Positions 30,289-40,749 of a stretch of 64,000 nucleotides of DNA are shown piece after piece (the first letter of the stretch is position 1; the number at the start of each line of letters is the position of its first letter). Under the pieces are notes generated by a model. The model made no database searches and had not been told where the DNA came from. It saw only the letters and a list, made by a program, of their open reading frames with translations. The DNA is taken from assembly GCA_913055695.1 (NCBI GenBank), contig CAJXKF010000001.1, positions 16,354 through 80,353 of the forward strand, given 5' to 3'. Source of the DNA: an uncultured Methylophaga sp. (GTDB lineage: Bacteria > Pseudomonadota > Gammaproteobacteria > Nitrosococcales > Methylophagaceae). Both the position numbers and the translations under genes were made by a program.

Positions 30289-31632
30289 TCAATCAAAAAC
30301 TGGTTTCGAAGATGCCTGTTCCAGTACCGGCAGCCATCCCTTCTCGCCGATGTCCGCGGCGTAATGTTCAGCATAGCCATAACCGACAACGGCTACCAGT
30401 TCATGATCAACAAACAGCAGCGGGATCTGCTGACGCTGCCAGGGCGGCACATCCCATTCCTGAAACAGTTGTTTGAGTGACTTGTGCTGCGCATGACCCT
30501 GCAGACGGATCCGCTCGCCGCCCTCGCGGAATTTGAGCATGAGCGGGCCGTTCAGCACATGCTGTTTGAGCCCTTTCCCGGATTCCAGCTGCCATTTCAG
30601 CAGGCGGCCATCCGGCAAGCTGACCTCATCACTGCCTGTTATCCTGATCTCACCCAAATCCAGGGCTTCATCACGATCCGGTTCAAGATAGATGACATCA
30701 CGGTAACGTCTGACCATCGCCCCCGGCCAGTGTACTTCGGGGTTCCTGTCCTCGGCTGCCGGAATCACTTCATCAACAATTCGCTGCAGAATAGCCGCTG
30801 ACGGTAAAGGCAAATTATTTTGTTCCAGTGCATAACGCAGCAGATTCCGCTGTCTGGCCTGAGGTAACTGACTCAGCGCTGGGATAGAAAGGCGATTTTT
30901 TTGTTGCGGGCAGACATGGCGGGCATCGAGACTGCCGAGTTCACGCATCAGTTCAACTGCTTCACGGCAGTGTTCCGCACTACGACTCAATGTTTTTGAC
31001 ACAGCCGGCCAGCGTTCAATCAAACGCGGCCAGATTTCATGGCGCAGATAATTACGGTTAATACTGAGATCGGTATTGCTGGGATCATCAATCCATTGCA
31101 GATGATGCAACTCGGCATATTCCAGCAGATCCGCCTTGGACAGATTCAACAATGGCCTCACGATGGTGAGACCGTCAATAGTGGCTTCCGGCCACATCGC
31201 AGATAAACCGGCCGGGCCGGCGCCGCGGAGTAACTGCAGCATCAGGGTTTCTGCCTGGTCATCCTGATGCTGGGCGGTAAGCAGCACTTCATCCGGGCTC
31301 AGATCATAAGCAAAGGCATGATAGCGGGCCTCGCGGGCAGCCGCTTCCAGACCTAATTCATCGATATTCTCAACGCTGACCTGGATGGATTCAAATTCAA
31401 TGTCCAGTTCCTGCGCGACTTTTCTGCAGTGCTCTGCCCAACTGGCAGATTCAGCATGCAGCCCGTGATCAATATGCAGGGCTCTGATAGCGGGTAATTG
31501 TGGGTGCCGGGTTGTGGCCAGCAGGTGCAGCAAGACGTGAGAATCAACACCACCGCTGAAAGCAACGCAAACAGCGCGACCTTCCACCAGTTTAATCAGG
31601 TCAACGATGCATTGTTGGGGGTTGAAAGACAC
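30289..31632 (-). CDS. tilS: tRNA(Ile)-lysidine synthetase TilS
   Basis: 447 aa with PP-loop AFSGGVDS. Adjacent to accA, as in many gammaproteobacteria. Confidence 0.93.
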   Translation of the reverse strand: MSFNPQQCIVDLIKLVEGRAVCVAFSGGVDSHVLLHLLATTRHPQLPAIRALHIDHGLHAESASWAEHCRKVAQELDIEFESIQVSVENIDELGLEAAAREARYHAFAYDLSPDEVLLTAQHQDDQAETLMLQLLRGAGPAGLSAMWPEATIDGLTIVRPLLNLSKADLLEYAELHHLQWIDDPSNTDLSINRNYLRHEIWPRLIERWPAVSKTLSRSAEHCREAVELMRELGSLDARHVCPQQKNRLSIPALSQLPQARQRNLLRYALEQNNLPLPSAAILQRIVDEVIPAAEDRNPEVHWPGAMVRRYRDVIYLEPDRDEALDLGEIRITGSDEVSLPDGRLLKWQLESGKGLKQHVLNGPLMLKFREGGERIRLQGHAQHKSLKQLFQEWDVPPWQRQQIPLLFVDHELVAVVGYGYAEHYAADIGEKGWLPVLEQASSKPVFD

Positions 31633-31639
31633 CCCGGAC

Positions 31640-32596
31640 TCACCCCTCGAATTCGCCGTAACTCAGGATCCGTTGCTGACGGCGTTTGATCAGATTGTCA
31701 TGAGAAACCGCTTCCAGTTCCTTGATCTTGGCTTCAATGGATTTCCTGACCCGTGCTGCCATTTCTTCAACATTGCGATGAGCGCCACCCAGTGGTTCAG
31801 GCACCACTTCATCAATCAGTTTCAGTTCTTTCAGACGATCGGATGTGACGCCGAGGGTTGCTGCGGCATCGGCGGCTTTTTCAGCACTTTTCCAGAGAAT
31901 AGAAGCGCAGCCTTCCGGCGAGATAACAGAATAGATGCTGTATTGCAGCATCATCAGATGATCAGCGACACCGACTGCCAAAGCACCGCCGGAACCACCT
32001 TCACCAATGACAGTGGAAATGATCGGTGTTTTCAGTTTGGCCATTTCATAGAGGTTACGTGCAATCGCTTCACTCTGCCCCCGCTCTTCGGCACCGATGC
32101 CGGGGTAAGCGCCAGGTGTGTCAATAAAGGTAATGACAGGCAGGCCGAAACGCTCTGCCATTTTCATAATACGCAGCGCTTTACGGTAGCCTTCGGGGCG
32201 TGGCATACCGAAGTTGCGGGCTACTTTTTCCTTGGTGTCACGACCTTTCTGGTGACCAATCACAGCCACCGGACGGCCATTGAGACGACCGATACCGGTG
32301 ACCAGGGCCGCATCATCAGCATAAGTTCTGTCGCCATGCAGTTCTTCAAAATCGCTGATGATATGTTTGATGTAATCCAGCGTGTAGGGTCGCTGCGGAT
32401 GACGAGCCATCTGGGTGACCTGCCAGGGTGTCAGCGAGGCGAAAATCGACTTGGTCAGGGACTCGCTTTTTTCCTTTAACTTCTGAATTTCTTCAGTGAT
32501 GTTGAGATCACTGTCGTTACTCATGTAGCGCAACTCATCGATTTTCGCTTCCAGTTCGGCGATGGGTTGTTCGTAGTCAAGGAAATTTAACTGCAT
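31640..32596 (-). CDS. accA: Acetyl-CoA carboxylase carboxyltransferase alpha subunit AccA
   Basis: 318 aa with [23 protein letters not shown] and [20 protein letters not shown]. Confidence 0.97.
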   Translation of the reverse strand: MQLNFLDYEQPIAELEAKIDELRYMSNDSDLNITEEIQKLKEKSESLTKSIFASLTPWQVTQMARHPQRPYTLDYIKHIISDFEELHGDRTYADDAALVTGIGRLNGRPVAVIGHQKGRDTKEKVARNFGMPRPEGYRKALRIMKMAERFGLPVITFIDTPGAYPGIGAEERGQSEAIARNLYEMAKLKTPIISTVIGEGGSGGALAVGVADHLMMLQYSIYSVISPEGCASILWKSAEKAADAAATLGVTSDRLKELKLIDEVVPEPLGGAHRNVEEMAARVRKSIEAKIKELEAVSHDNLIKRRQQRILSYGEFEG

Positions 32597-32652
32597 CAGG
32601 TTACCCTTACATCCAAAATTGTCGAATTATACACAGAGGCGACGGACAAAAC

Positions 32653-33771
32653 TTAGTTGAGGATCAATTCATCGTCTTCATCATTGTCCATTGCGCCCTC
32701 GCCGAGACGGATAGCGAGGCTGAGGTCATTACGTGAGTCGGCATTCTGCAATGCTTCTTCCAGCGTGATTTTACCGCTCTTGTAGAGTTTAATCAGAGCC
32801 TGGTCGAAAGTCACCGTGCCGGGGTCGGTAGACTCTTTCATCGCATCCTTGATGCTACCGACTTCACCTTTATTGATAAGCTCAGAAATATAGGGTGTAT
32901 TGAGCATGATCTCCACCGCCGGCACCCGCGCACTGCCATCTACGGTCGGCAACAGGCGCTGCGATACAATCGCGCGCAGGTTCAGCGACATATCCATAAA
33001 CAACTGGCGATGCAGCGCTTCCGGGAAGAAGTTGATGATCCGGTCCAGCGCCTGGTTGGCGTTATTGGAGTGCAGCGTAGCGAGGCACAGATGACCGGTT
33101 TCAGCATAATTGATGGCATGCTTCATGGTATCCATATCCCGGATCTCACCAATCAGGATGACATCCGGTGCTTCCCGCAGCGCATTTTTCAGCGCATTCT
33201 CATAGTTGAGCGTATCAATACCGACTTCACGTTGCTGCACAATCGAACGTTCATGAGCATGAACAAATTCCAGCGGATCCTCAATCGTCAGAATATGCGA
33301 GCTGGAGTTGCGGTTACGATGACCAATCATCGATGCCAGCGTGGTTGATTTACCGGAGCCGGTAGCACCTACCACCAGGATTAGCCCGCGTTTTTCCATC
33401 ACGATATCGCCCAATACCTGTGGCAGATTCATCTCTTCAAAACGTGGAATCTTGGTTTTGATATAGCGGATAACAATGGAACACTCGCCGCGCTGACGGA
33501 AGATATTGACACGGAAACGGCCGACGCCCTTGAGCGGAACCGCAAAGTTCATTTCCAGTGTTTTTTCAAACTCGGCGGCCTGCTCCTCGTTCATCAGTGA
33601 ATAAGCCATTTCACGGACATCACCCGGTGCCAGCTTCTGGGTTCCAACAGGCCGAATCACACCCTGAATTTTGATGTGTGGTTCGGTGCCGGTACAAAAA
33701 AACATATCCGATGCTTCTTTGTCCGCCATCAACCTGAAATAAGGATTCATATCCACGTGGCTTATCCTCAA
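32653..33771 (-). CDS. PilT/PilU-family hexameric (retraction-type) ATPase
   Basis: Walker A GATGSGKST, then ILTIEDPLEF, PDVILIGEIRD and ATLHSNNA. No tetracysteine motif. The N-terminus MNPYFRLMADKEASDMFF resembles PilU. The track start is TTG 33771; GTG 33756 or ATG 33750 are the likely real starts. Confidence 0.85.
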   Translation of the reverse strand: MRISHVDMNPYFRLMADKEASDMFFCTGTEPHIKIQGVIRPVGTQKLAPGDVREMAYSLMNEEQAAEFEKTLEMNFAVPLKGVGRFRVNIFRQRGECSIVIRYIKTKIPRFEEMNLPQVLGDIVMEKRGLILVVGATGSGKSTTLASMIGHRNRNSSSHILTIEDPLEFVHAHERSIVQQREVGIDTLNYENALKNALREAPDVILIGEIRDMDTMKHAINYAETGHLCLATLHSNNANQALDRIINFFPEALHRQLFMDMSLNLRAIVSQRLLPTVDGSARVPAVEIMLNTPYISELINKGEVGSIKDAMKESTDPGTVTFDQALIKLYKSGKITLEEALQNADSRNDLSLAIRLGEGAMDNDEDDELILN

Positions 33772-33789
33772 AATTATCCAAACAATCTA

Positions 33790-35469
33790 TTAGTCCAATC
33801 GTACACGATAGACTTCGGCCAATGAAATCTCTCGCGAACGGGCCCGTGCCAGGGCATTTTCAGTTAGCGACACCATGCCTTCTCTAATCGCATGATCATG
33901 AATTTCGCCGGATGTTATATCAACATGGATTAATTTCCGCAGGCTATCACTCACTTCCAGCAATTCATAGACCGCCATCCTGCCGGCAACACCGGTGTGA
34001 TTACAGTGCTCACAACCACGGCTGCGATAGAAGGTTTCTTTGTCGCTGATATCCAGTGCGTGTCTAATCAGCGTATCGACTGGCTCTTCCTCGAGACAAT
34101 GCTGACAGTTGCGTTTGACCAGACGCTGGGCCAGCACCCCCAGCAGGCAGCCGGTTAAAAGATAAGGCTCAATACCCATTTCCAGCAGTCGGGTGACAGC
34201 ACCGGCGGCATCATTGGTGTGCAGTGTACTGAGCACAAGATGGCCCGTCAGTGCGCTTTCCACGGCAATTTTCCCGGTCTCCTCATCGCGGATTTCACCC
34301 ACCAGAATGACATCGGGATCATGGCGAAGGATATTTCTCAAGGCCCGGGCAAAGGTGTAACCGGTGGTGTGATTAATCTGAATCTGCTGAATGCCATCCA
34401 TATGGTATTCAACCGGATCCTCGACCGTGAGAATATTGACGTTCTGCTTCTGCACTTCAGCCAGAGCCGCATACAAAGTGGTGGATTTGCCGGAACCGGT
34501 AGGCCCTGTAACCAGAAAAATCCCGTTACTCTTGTTTAAAAGATCGAGAAAGATGTCCTCATCATGTTCTGAAAAGCCCAGCTCTGATACGGCTTTCAAG
34601 CCAACCTGGGCATTAAGCAGGCGGATGACCACACTCTCTCCCTCAACGGTGGGCATAATTGAAATCCGCAAGTCGACCGGGTTGCTTTTATGTTTGACGC
34701 AGCAACGACCATCCTGAGGCAGCCTTCTTTCGGCGATATTCATTCCGCCCAGAATTTTTATGCGGCTGACAACAGCAGGTAATAAAGTCTTGCTGAAAAA
34801 ACGGATATTGGTGAGCACACCGTCCATCCGATATATCAGCTCGACGTTCTTGTCACGGGGTTTGATATGAATATCTGAAGCCCGGCGTTCAATCGCATCG
34901 ACAATGATATTGGCGACCAGCCTCACAATCGGCTTTTCACTGCTGAGCCGCATCATTTCATCATGCAGATCAGCCGCCGCTTTATACGGCTGAGTCGTGC
35001 CATTCAGCGATTCCAGTGCCAGTTCATCATCACGGGCACCATAATATTTTCTGACTGCCCATTGGACTTCACTGCGGGTAGCGACCGCCACATCAATGTT
35101 GTAACCGGTAATGAAATTGAGGGTCTGGAACAGGTCCATGTCCATCGGGCTCGCCAAAGCCACCAGCAGATGCGTTTTATTGACCCTGAGGGGTATGACA
35201 TCATGCTTACGGGCGAACTCGGCCGGAATCAGGCTGAGAACTGTTTCATCAAAAGGGTAATCATGAAGGCGTATAAAAGGCAGACTCAAACGCTCGGCAA
35301 GCTTACGCTGGCTGTGCTCGTCAGCAGTGAGTTTGGCATCTGCTTTATCGGCAGCCGGCGCTTTAGGCGGCGGCTTTTTGGCTGCCTCCAGCGCGGCATC
35401 CAGCGCATCGGTCAAAGCGTCATCACCGACTGCGCTGCGCGCTGTTGAATTCTTATCACCCGCAGCCAT
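33790..35469 (-). CDS. GspE/PilB-family assembly ATPase (559 aa)
   Basis: Low-complexity Ala/Lys/Pro N-terminus, then one T2SSE_N-type domain (LSLPFIRLHDYPFDETVLSLIPAEFARKHDVIPL). Walker A GPTGSGKST, PDVILVGEIRD, and tetracysteine CQHC...CEHC. Confidence 0.88.
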   Translation of the reverse strand: MAAGDKNSTARSAVGDDALTDALDAALEAAKKPPPKAPAADKADAKLTADEHSQRKLAERLSLPFIRLHDYPFDETVLSLIPAEFARKHDVIPLRVNKTHLLVALASPMDMDLFQTLNFITGYNIDVAVATRSEVQWAVRKYYGARDDELALESLNGTTQPYKAAADLHDEMMRLSSEKPIVRLVANIIVDAIERRASDIHIKPRDKNVELIYRMDGVLTNIRFFSKTLLPAVVSRIKILGGMNIAERRLPQDGRCCVKHKSNPVDLRISIMPTVEGESVVIRLLNAQVGLKAVSELGFSEHDEDIFLDLLNKSNGIFLVTGPTGSGKSTTLYAALAEVQKQNVNILTVEDPVEYHMDGIQQIQINHTTGYTFARALRNILRHDPDVILVGEIRDEETGKIAVESALTGHLVLSTLHTNDAAGAVTRLLEMGIEPYLLTGCLLGVLAQRLVKRNCQHCLEEEPVDTLIRHALDISDKETFYRSRGCEHCNHTGVAGRMAVYELLEVSDSLRKLIHVDITSGEIHDHAIREGMVSLTENALARARSREISLAEVYRVRLD

Positions 35470-35478
35470 AGAGCCTCC

Positions 35479-38400
35479 TTATGCTGAGGACTTGTATCTC
35501 ATTGTAACAGCAACTTTTCCCGGCAAGGCAGCGATCTGATTCAATAAGGTATCACTCGGCGTCACCTGCCATTCTTCCCCCAGCATAAACAAAGCACTGG
35601 CCTGCTGATTCTGATACCTGAGCTCCAGCCCAAGACCGCCGCCTTTGAAGGGTGTCAATGTGGTTTTCAGTTGTTCCAGCCACGGATTGGCTTCATCCTC
35701 ATTGGCATAGTTTATCTGCAGAGCCTGACCGAAAGCTTCACGGGCGCCGGTGATATCGAACACTTTTTCGGCGGTGGCCGACAAGCCGCCGGTAAAATTG
35801 TCCTGACCGATCTTGCCCTGAATCACCACCAGCTTATCCGGCTGAATATAGCTCTGATATTGCTCATAGACATCACCGAACACCCGTACCTCAAGTCGAC
35901 CGCTCTGATCATCAAGCGTGATAAAGGCCATGCGGCTGCCGCTTTTTGATTTCATGGTGCGGATTGCCACGATCAGGCCGGCCGTCAGTACCGGTTTTTC
36001 ATTTCGCTGATATCCCTTGGATTCAGGGGCATCCAGTTCATTGATTTTTTTCGGGATAAATTCAGCCAGTTCGGCTTCATAACGATCAATCGGATGCCCA
36101 CTGAGATAGAGACCCAGCGTCTCTTTTTCAGCCAGGAGCAGATGCTCTTCTGCCCATTCTGCAGCCTGCTCCAGCGGCTCATCCTGTTCGGTATCACTCT
36201 CCGGGCTAAGGCCGAACAAATCGTTCTGGCCACTGTCCTGGTCGCGACGGTGCTGCTCGGCGATCTGCATCGCCTTGGTCAGGCTGGCATTAAGACTGGC
36301 ACGATGGCCACCGAGAGAATCCAGTGCCCCGGCTTTAACCAGCGACTCCATCACCCGGCGATTGATCTTGCGCATATCAACGCGGCGACAGAAATCATAC
36401 AAAGAACCGAATGCCTCACCCTGCTCCCGTTCGGCGACAATACCGGCCAGGGCTGATTCGCCCACACCTTTGATGGCGCCGAGGCCATAGCGGATAGTGC
36501 GCTCGTCCTCAACGGTGAATTTAATCTTGCTGTGATTGACATCGGGCGGCAGTACATTGAGCTTCATATCGCGGCATTCGTCGATAAGCCCGACCACTTT
36601 ATCGGTGTTATCCATATCCGCGGATAAGACGGCTGCCATAAAGGCGGCCGGATAATGCGCCTTGAGCCAGGCGGTCTGGTATGCGACCAGTGCATAGGCG
36701 GCCGAGTGTGATTTGTTAAAACCGTATTCGGCGAATTTTTCCATCAAATCGAAGATGGGGCCGGCTTCATTTTCCTCGATGCCCCGACCTGCGGCCCCTT
36801 CCAGGAATATCTGGCGTTGTTTGGCCATTTCCTCGGGCTTTTTCTTCCCCATCGCCCGGCGCAGCATATCCGCGCCGCCGAGGCTGTAACCGGCCAGGAT
36901 CTGGGCGATCTGCATGACCTGTTCCTGGTAGACGATAACGCCGTAAGTCGGTTTCAGTACCGGCTCCAGATCGGGGTGTGGATAATCGACCCTGGCACGA
37001 CCGTGCTTACGATTCACAAAGTCATCGACCATGCCCGATTGCAGTGGCCCCGGCCGGAACAGTGCCACCAGAGCAATAATATCTTCAAAGGTATCCGGTT
37101 GCAGGCGTTTGACCAGCTCTTTCATACCCCGCGATTCCAGCTGGAATACCGCGGTCGTTTCGCAGCGTTTGAGCAAATCGAAAGTCGGCTTGTCATCCAG
37201 CGGCAGATTGGTGATATCAATCTCATCCGCCTTGTCACCCAGCAGCGTACGGACGTTATTCATCGCCCAGTCGATGACTGTCAGCGTTTTCAGACCCAGA
37301 AAGTCGAATTTGACCAGACCGACGCTTTCCACATCATCCTTGTCGAACTGGGAAACCAGGCCGGCGCCGTTGTGCTCGCAATATAGCGGCGTATATTCAG
37401 TCAGCACTTTGGGTGCGATAACAACGCCACCGGCGTGCTTACCGACATTACGGGTCAGTCCTTCCAGTTGCAGGGCCAGATCAATCAGTGCTTTGACTTC
37501 TTCTTCGTTGTCGTAGCGTTCTTTCAGCTGAGGCTCTTGTTCCAGCGCCTTGGTCAGGGTCATTTTCAGCTCAAACGGCACCAGCTTGGCCAGCTGATCG
37601 ACAAAGCCATAGGGATGGCCCAGCACCCGACCGACATCACGTAATACCGCTTTTGCCGCCATCGTCCCGTAAGTAATGATCTGCGAGACATGATCACGGC
37701 CGTAATGCTCTGATACGTATTCGATCACGCGGTCGCGGCCGTCCATGCAGAAATCGACGTCAAAGTCAGGCAGCGATACCCGCTCAGGGTTCAGAAAGCG
37801 TTCGAACAGCAAGTCGTACTGAAGCGGGTCCAGATCGGTGATTTTGAGGGCATAGGCTACCAGTGAACCGGCACCAGAACCCCGCCCCGGCCCCACCGGT
37901 ACGCCGTTATTCTTGGCCCATTGAATGAAGTCGGCAACGATGAGAAAGTAGCCCGGAAAACCCATGCTGTTGATGACGTCGAGCTCGATCTGTAGTCGCT
38001 CTTCGTATCTGGCTTTGTTCGTCTCGCGTTCGGCTTCATCCGGGAACAACACCTGTAAGCGTTCAGCCAGCCCTTTGTAGGATTCTTCTGCAAAGAACGC
38101 CTCGATGGTCATGCCTTCCGGCACCGGGAAATCAGGCAGGTAGTGCTCGCCCAGCGTCAACTCCAGATTACAGCGCTTGGCGATTTCTACCGTGTTTTCA
38201 ATCGCTTCCGGAATATCGGCAAATACTTTGGCCATTTCCTCAGCGCTGCGCAGATACTGGTGCTCAGAATAAACGCGGGGGCGACGCGGATCATCGAGCT
38301 GTCGCCCGTCATGAATGCAAACCTTGGCTTCATGCGCCTCGAACTGCTCGGCTTTGAGAAAGCGCACATCATTGGTCGCCACCACCGGGATCTGTTTTTC

Positions 38401-38967
38401 TGCGGCAAGTGTCACGGCTTCGCGCACAAAACGCTCTTCATCCTCACGCCCGGTGCGGATAAGCTCCAGGTAGAAGCGGTTGGGGAAAAGCCCTTGCCAG
38501 AAAGCAAGCTGGTTTTGCACTTCATCCTGCTGATGATTGAGCAGCGCCCTGCCCAGAATGCCATCACGACCACCGGACAGGCAGATAAGACCATCCGTCT
38601 GACCTTCCAGCCAGTCGGCTTCCAGCATCGGCACACCAAGGTGCTGACCTTCCATATAGGCGCGCGACAACAGCCGTGACAGGTTATGGAAACCCGCCAG
38701 ATTCATACACAGCACAACAAAGCGGGTGCTGTGCTTGGCATCGTTGGGATCACGCAGACGCAGATCAGCCCCCAGAATCGGTTTCACCCCGGCCTGCATC
38801 GCCGCATTAAACAGTTTTACCGCGGCAAACAGATTGTGCTGGTCGGTAATGGCTACCGCCGGCATACCATAGTCGGCAACCTGTTTGACCAGCGGTTTGA
38901 CCCGGACCAGACCGTCGATCAGGGAGTAATCGGTATGAAGATGTAAGTGAACGAACTGTTCGGCCAT
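35479..38967 (-). CDS. dnaE: DNA polymerase III alpha subunit DnaE
   Basis: 1162 aa with PHP domain FVHLHLHTDYSLIDG and conserved sequence throughout. Confidence 0.98.
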   Translation of the reverse strand: MAEQFVHLHLHTDYSLIDGLVRVKPLVKQVADYGMPAVAITDQHNLFAAVKLFNAAMQAGVKPILGADLRLRDPNDAKHSTRFVVLCMNLAGFHNLSRLLSRAYMEGQHLGVPMLEADWLEGQTDGLICLSGGRDGILGRALLNHQQDEVQNQLAFWQGLFPNRFYLELIRTGREDEERFVREAVTLAAEKQIPVVATNDVRFLKAEQFEAHEAKVCIHDGRQLDDPRRPRVYSEHQYLRSAEEMAKVFADIPEAIENTVEIAKRCNLELTLGEHYLPDFPVPEGMTIEAFFAEESYKGLAERLQVLFPDEAERETNKARYEERLQIELDVINSMGFPGYFLIVADFIQWAKNNGVPVGPGRGSGAGSLVAYALKITDLDPLQYDLLFERFLNPERVSLPDFDVDFCMDGRDRVIEYVSEHYGRDHVSQIITYGTMAAKAVLRDVGRVLGHPYGFVDQLAKLVPFELKMTLTKALEQEPQLKERYDNEEEVKALIDLALQLEGLTRNVGKHAGGVVIAPKVLTEYTPLYCEHNGAGLVSQFDKDDVESVGLVKFDFLGLKTLTVIDWAMNNVRTLLGDKADEIDITNLPLDDKPTFDLLKRCETTAVFQLESRGMKELVKRLQPDTFEDIIALVALFRPGPLQSGMVDDFVNRKHGRARVDYPHPDLEPVLKPTYGVIVYQEQVMQIAQILAGYSLGGADMLRRAMGKKKPEEMAKQRQIFLEGAAGRGIEENEAGPIFDLMEKFAEYGFNKSHSAAYALVAYQTAWLKAHYPAAFMAAVLSADMDNTDKVVGLIDECRDMKLNVLPPDVNHSKIKFTVEDERTIRYGLGAIKGVGESALAGIVAEREQGEAFGSLYDFCRRVDMRKINRRVMESLVKAGALDSLGGHRASLNASLTKAMQIAEQHRRDQDSGQNDLFGLSPESDTEQDEPLEQAAEWAEEHLLLAEKETLGLYLSGHPIDRYEAELAEFIPKKINELDAPESKGYQRNEKPVLTAGLIVAIRTMKSKSGSRMAFITLDDQSGRLEVRVFGDVYEQYQSYIQPDKLVVIQGKIGQDNFTGGLSATAEKVFDITGAREAFGQALQINYANEDEANPWLEQLKTTLTPFKGGGLGLELRYQNQQASALFMLGEEWQVTPSDTLLNQIAALPGKVAVTMRYKSSA

Positions 38968-38997
38968 TAAAGCTAAAACCTGCCTGTAAAATAAAAT

Positions 38998-40749
38998 CTA
39001 ACGTGGAAACTCAACCGGACCCGGGATATCACTGCCCAAAGTCTGACTGACTATCGATTCCGCTTCTTGCTGCCCGCGTGCCAGCGCTTCTTCCTGGCTC
39101 ATGCCCGGTTTAAAGGGCTCTACGGCCGGATGCTCGATATCACCGCGCTTGAGATACAAAGTCTGGGTCGGGAAAGCAAACTCGACTTCCAACTGTCTCG
39201 CGAGACGCAGAATATCGAGCAAAAAGCGGTGACGCTCCCGCAGTTCGGTGCTCCAGTCCGGCGTTGCCCAGAAAACATATACCAGGATATTCAACGAGGC
39301 GGAGGCATACTCATTGAAATAAACCTGATAATAATCCTTACGCATGTAGGGATGCATCTGAATGATCTTGCGGATCCCTTCGCAGAAGGCTTCAATTTTT
39401 TCCGGCGCGGTATCATAAGTCACTGACAGTGACTGGGTCATGCGGCGAAAACGGCGCGCGCCCATATTGTCGATTTTGGTCGTGGTCAGAATCGAGTTAG
39501 GCATGGTGACCAGAGAATTGTAAAAGGTCCTGATGCGCGTGCTGCGGAAGCCGACCTGTTCCACCGTGCCTTCGATATCACCAATGACTACCCAGTCACC
39601 AATACTGAAAGGGCGATCCAGCAACACTGTCACCGAGCCGAAAAAATTGCCCAGCAGGTCTTTTGCTGCCAGGGCGAAAGCCAGACCACCGAGGCCCAGA
39701 CCGGCTAAAAGACTGGTGACATCAATATTCAGATTATCTGCGGCAAAAACGATACCGATAACCACAACAAATACTTTGAGACTCTTGCTGACCATCGGCA
39801 CCAGCAGGTCATCGAACTTGTTGTGGGTTTTCAGTGCCCGGCCGGTCCATAAAGCATCAAAAATATCGACAATCCGGAAAGCACTCCAGATACCGGACAG
39901 CGAGACCAGCAGTTTCACCGCCACCAGCAAAATCACCAGAGCGGTATCCGGCAGGCCCAGCATATTGAGCCCCGACCACCACATCAGTGCCATCGCCATC
40001 AGCCCCAGCGGACGCAATATATTGCTGTCCAGTGTCTCAAATGCCGGGTGCTGCTTCTGCCAGCGGCTGACATTGATTTTCAGTACCCAGGCCAGTACCT
40101 TGTCAGCGATTGAACCGACCACAATAATCAGAAACAGCCCTATCCATTGCCAGTACTCCAGCAGAAAGCCCTGTTTCATCACCGCCGGCATTTGCGCTCT
40201 TAATTGCACACTGGTGGGTAGTGAAACATTGCCCTCCCCGCCTTCGGCAAAGCTCAGTTCCTGGGTCAACACATCGAAAATTGCCGGGATTCTATCGACC
40301 GTTTTGCTTGTGAACAGCCAGTTATTCTGGTCGTTAATCCGCAGCACCACATTGCCTGCCTCTGTGCGCAGTAAGGTGTACTGTTCCAGCTTGGGATTGA
40401 GCGGGATTTCTTCCAGCTTGGGTATAGCGGCCAGCTGTATCACGCTGAATAACAGACGCGCAGTCTGCTGGCCGCGTTCATCCTGAATCAGCGGGCTGAC
40501 TTTGGATAAATCCAGTGTGGCAATGGCTTTATCAATAGCCTCATCGTCACCGGTAGCAACCCGGGTCATGGCATTGATGAACTGCTTCACTGTTGCCTGA
40601 GGGCTGGGAAGATGAGGTGCCGGTTTCGCCGTTTCAGTCTGGCTTGATTTGTTTTCTGACTGCTGACTGCTCACCGCAGCGCCTGGATATACGCCTGCCT
40701 GTGCCGTAAAGCTCAACAACAGCAGGAGCAGGATTGAACCTAGTTTCAT
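38998..40749 (-). CDS. MscS-family mechanosensitive channel with a large N-terminal periplasmic domain
   Basis: The likely start is ATG 40749 (MKLGSILLLLLLSFTAQA signal), which forms an ATGA overlap with the nagZ stop. The track ORF extends to 40815. MscS core PFSIGDWVVIGDIEGTVEQVGFRSTRIRT. Confidence 0.85.
   Translation of the reverse strand: MKLGSILLLLLLSFTAQAGVYPGAAVSSQQSENKSSQTETAKPAPHLPSPQATVKQFINAMTRVATGDDEAIDKAIATLDLSKVSPLIQDERGQQTARLLFSVIQLAAIPKLEEIPLNPKLEQYTLLRTEAGNVVLRINDQNNWLFTSKTVDRIPAIFDVLTQELSFAEGGEGNVSLPTSVQLRAQMPAVMKQGFLLEYWQWIGLFLIIVVGSIADKVLAWVLKINVSRWQKQHPAFETLDSNILRPLGLMAMALMWWSGLNMLGLPDTALVILLVAVKLLVSLSGIWSAFRIVDIFDALWTGRALKTHNKFDDLLVPMVSKSLKVFVVVIGIVFAADNLNIDVTSLLAGLGLGGLAFALAAKDLLGNFFGSVTVLLDRPFSIGDWVVIGDIEGTVEQVGFRSTRIRTFYNSLVTMPNSILTTTKIDNMGARRFRRMTQSLSVTYDTAPEKIEAFCEGIRKIIQMHPYMRKDYYQVYFNEYASASLNILVYVFWATPDWSTELRERHRFLLDILRLARQLEVEFAFPTQTLYLKRGDIEHPAVEPFKPGMSQEEALARGQQEAESIVSQTLGSDIPGPVEFPR

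Noticed and set aside
31607-32479. 290-aa plus-strand ORF
   Set aside because: Antisense to accA, which has unmistakable conserved sequence. Shadow ORF.
39533-40486. 317-aa plus-strand ORF
   Set aside because: Antisense to the MscS-family channel gene. It is a Ser/Arg/Pro-rich low-complexity translation. Shadow ORF.
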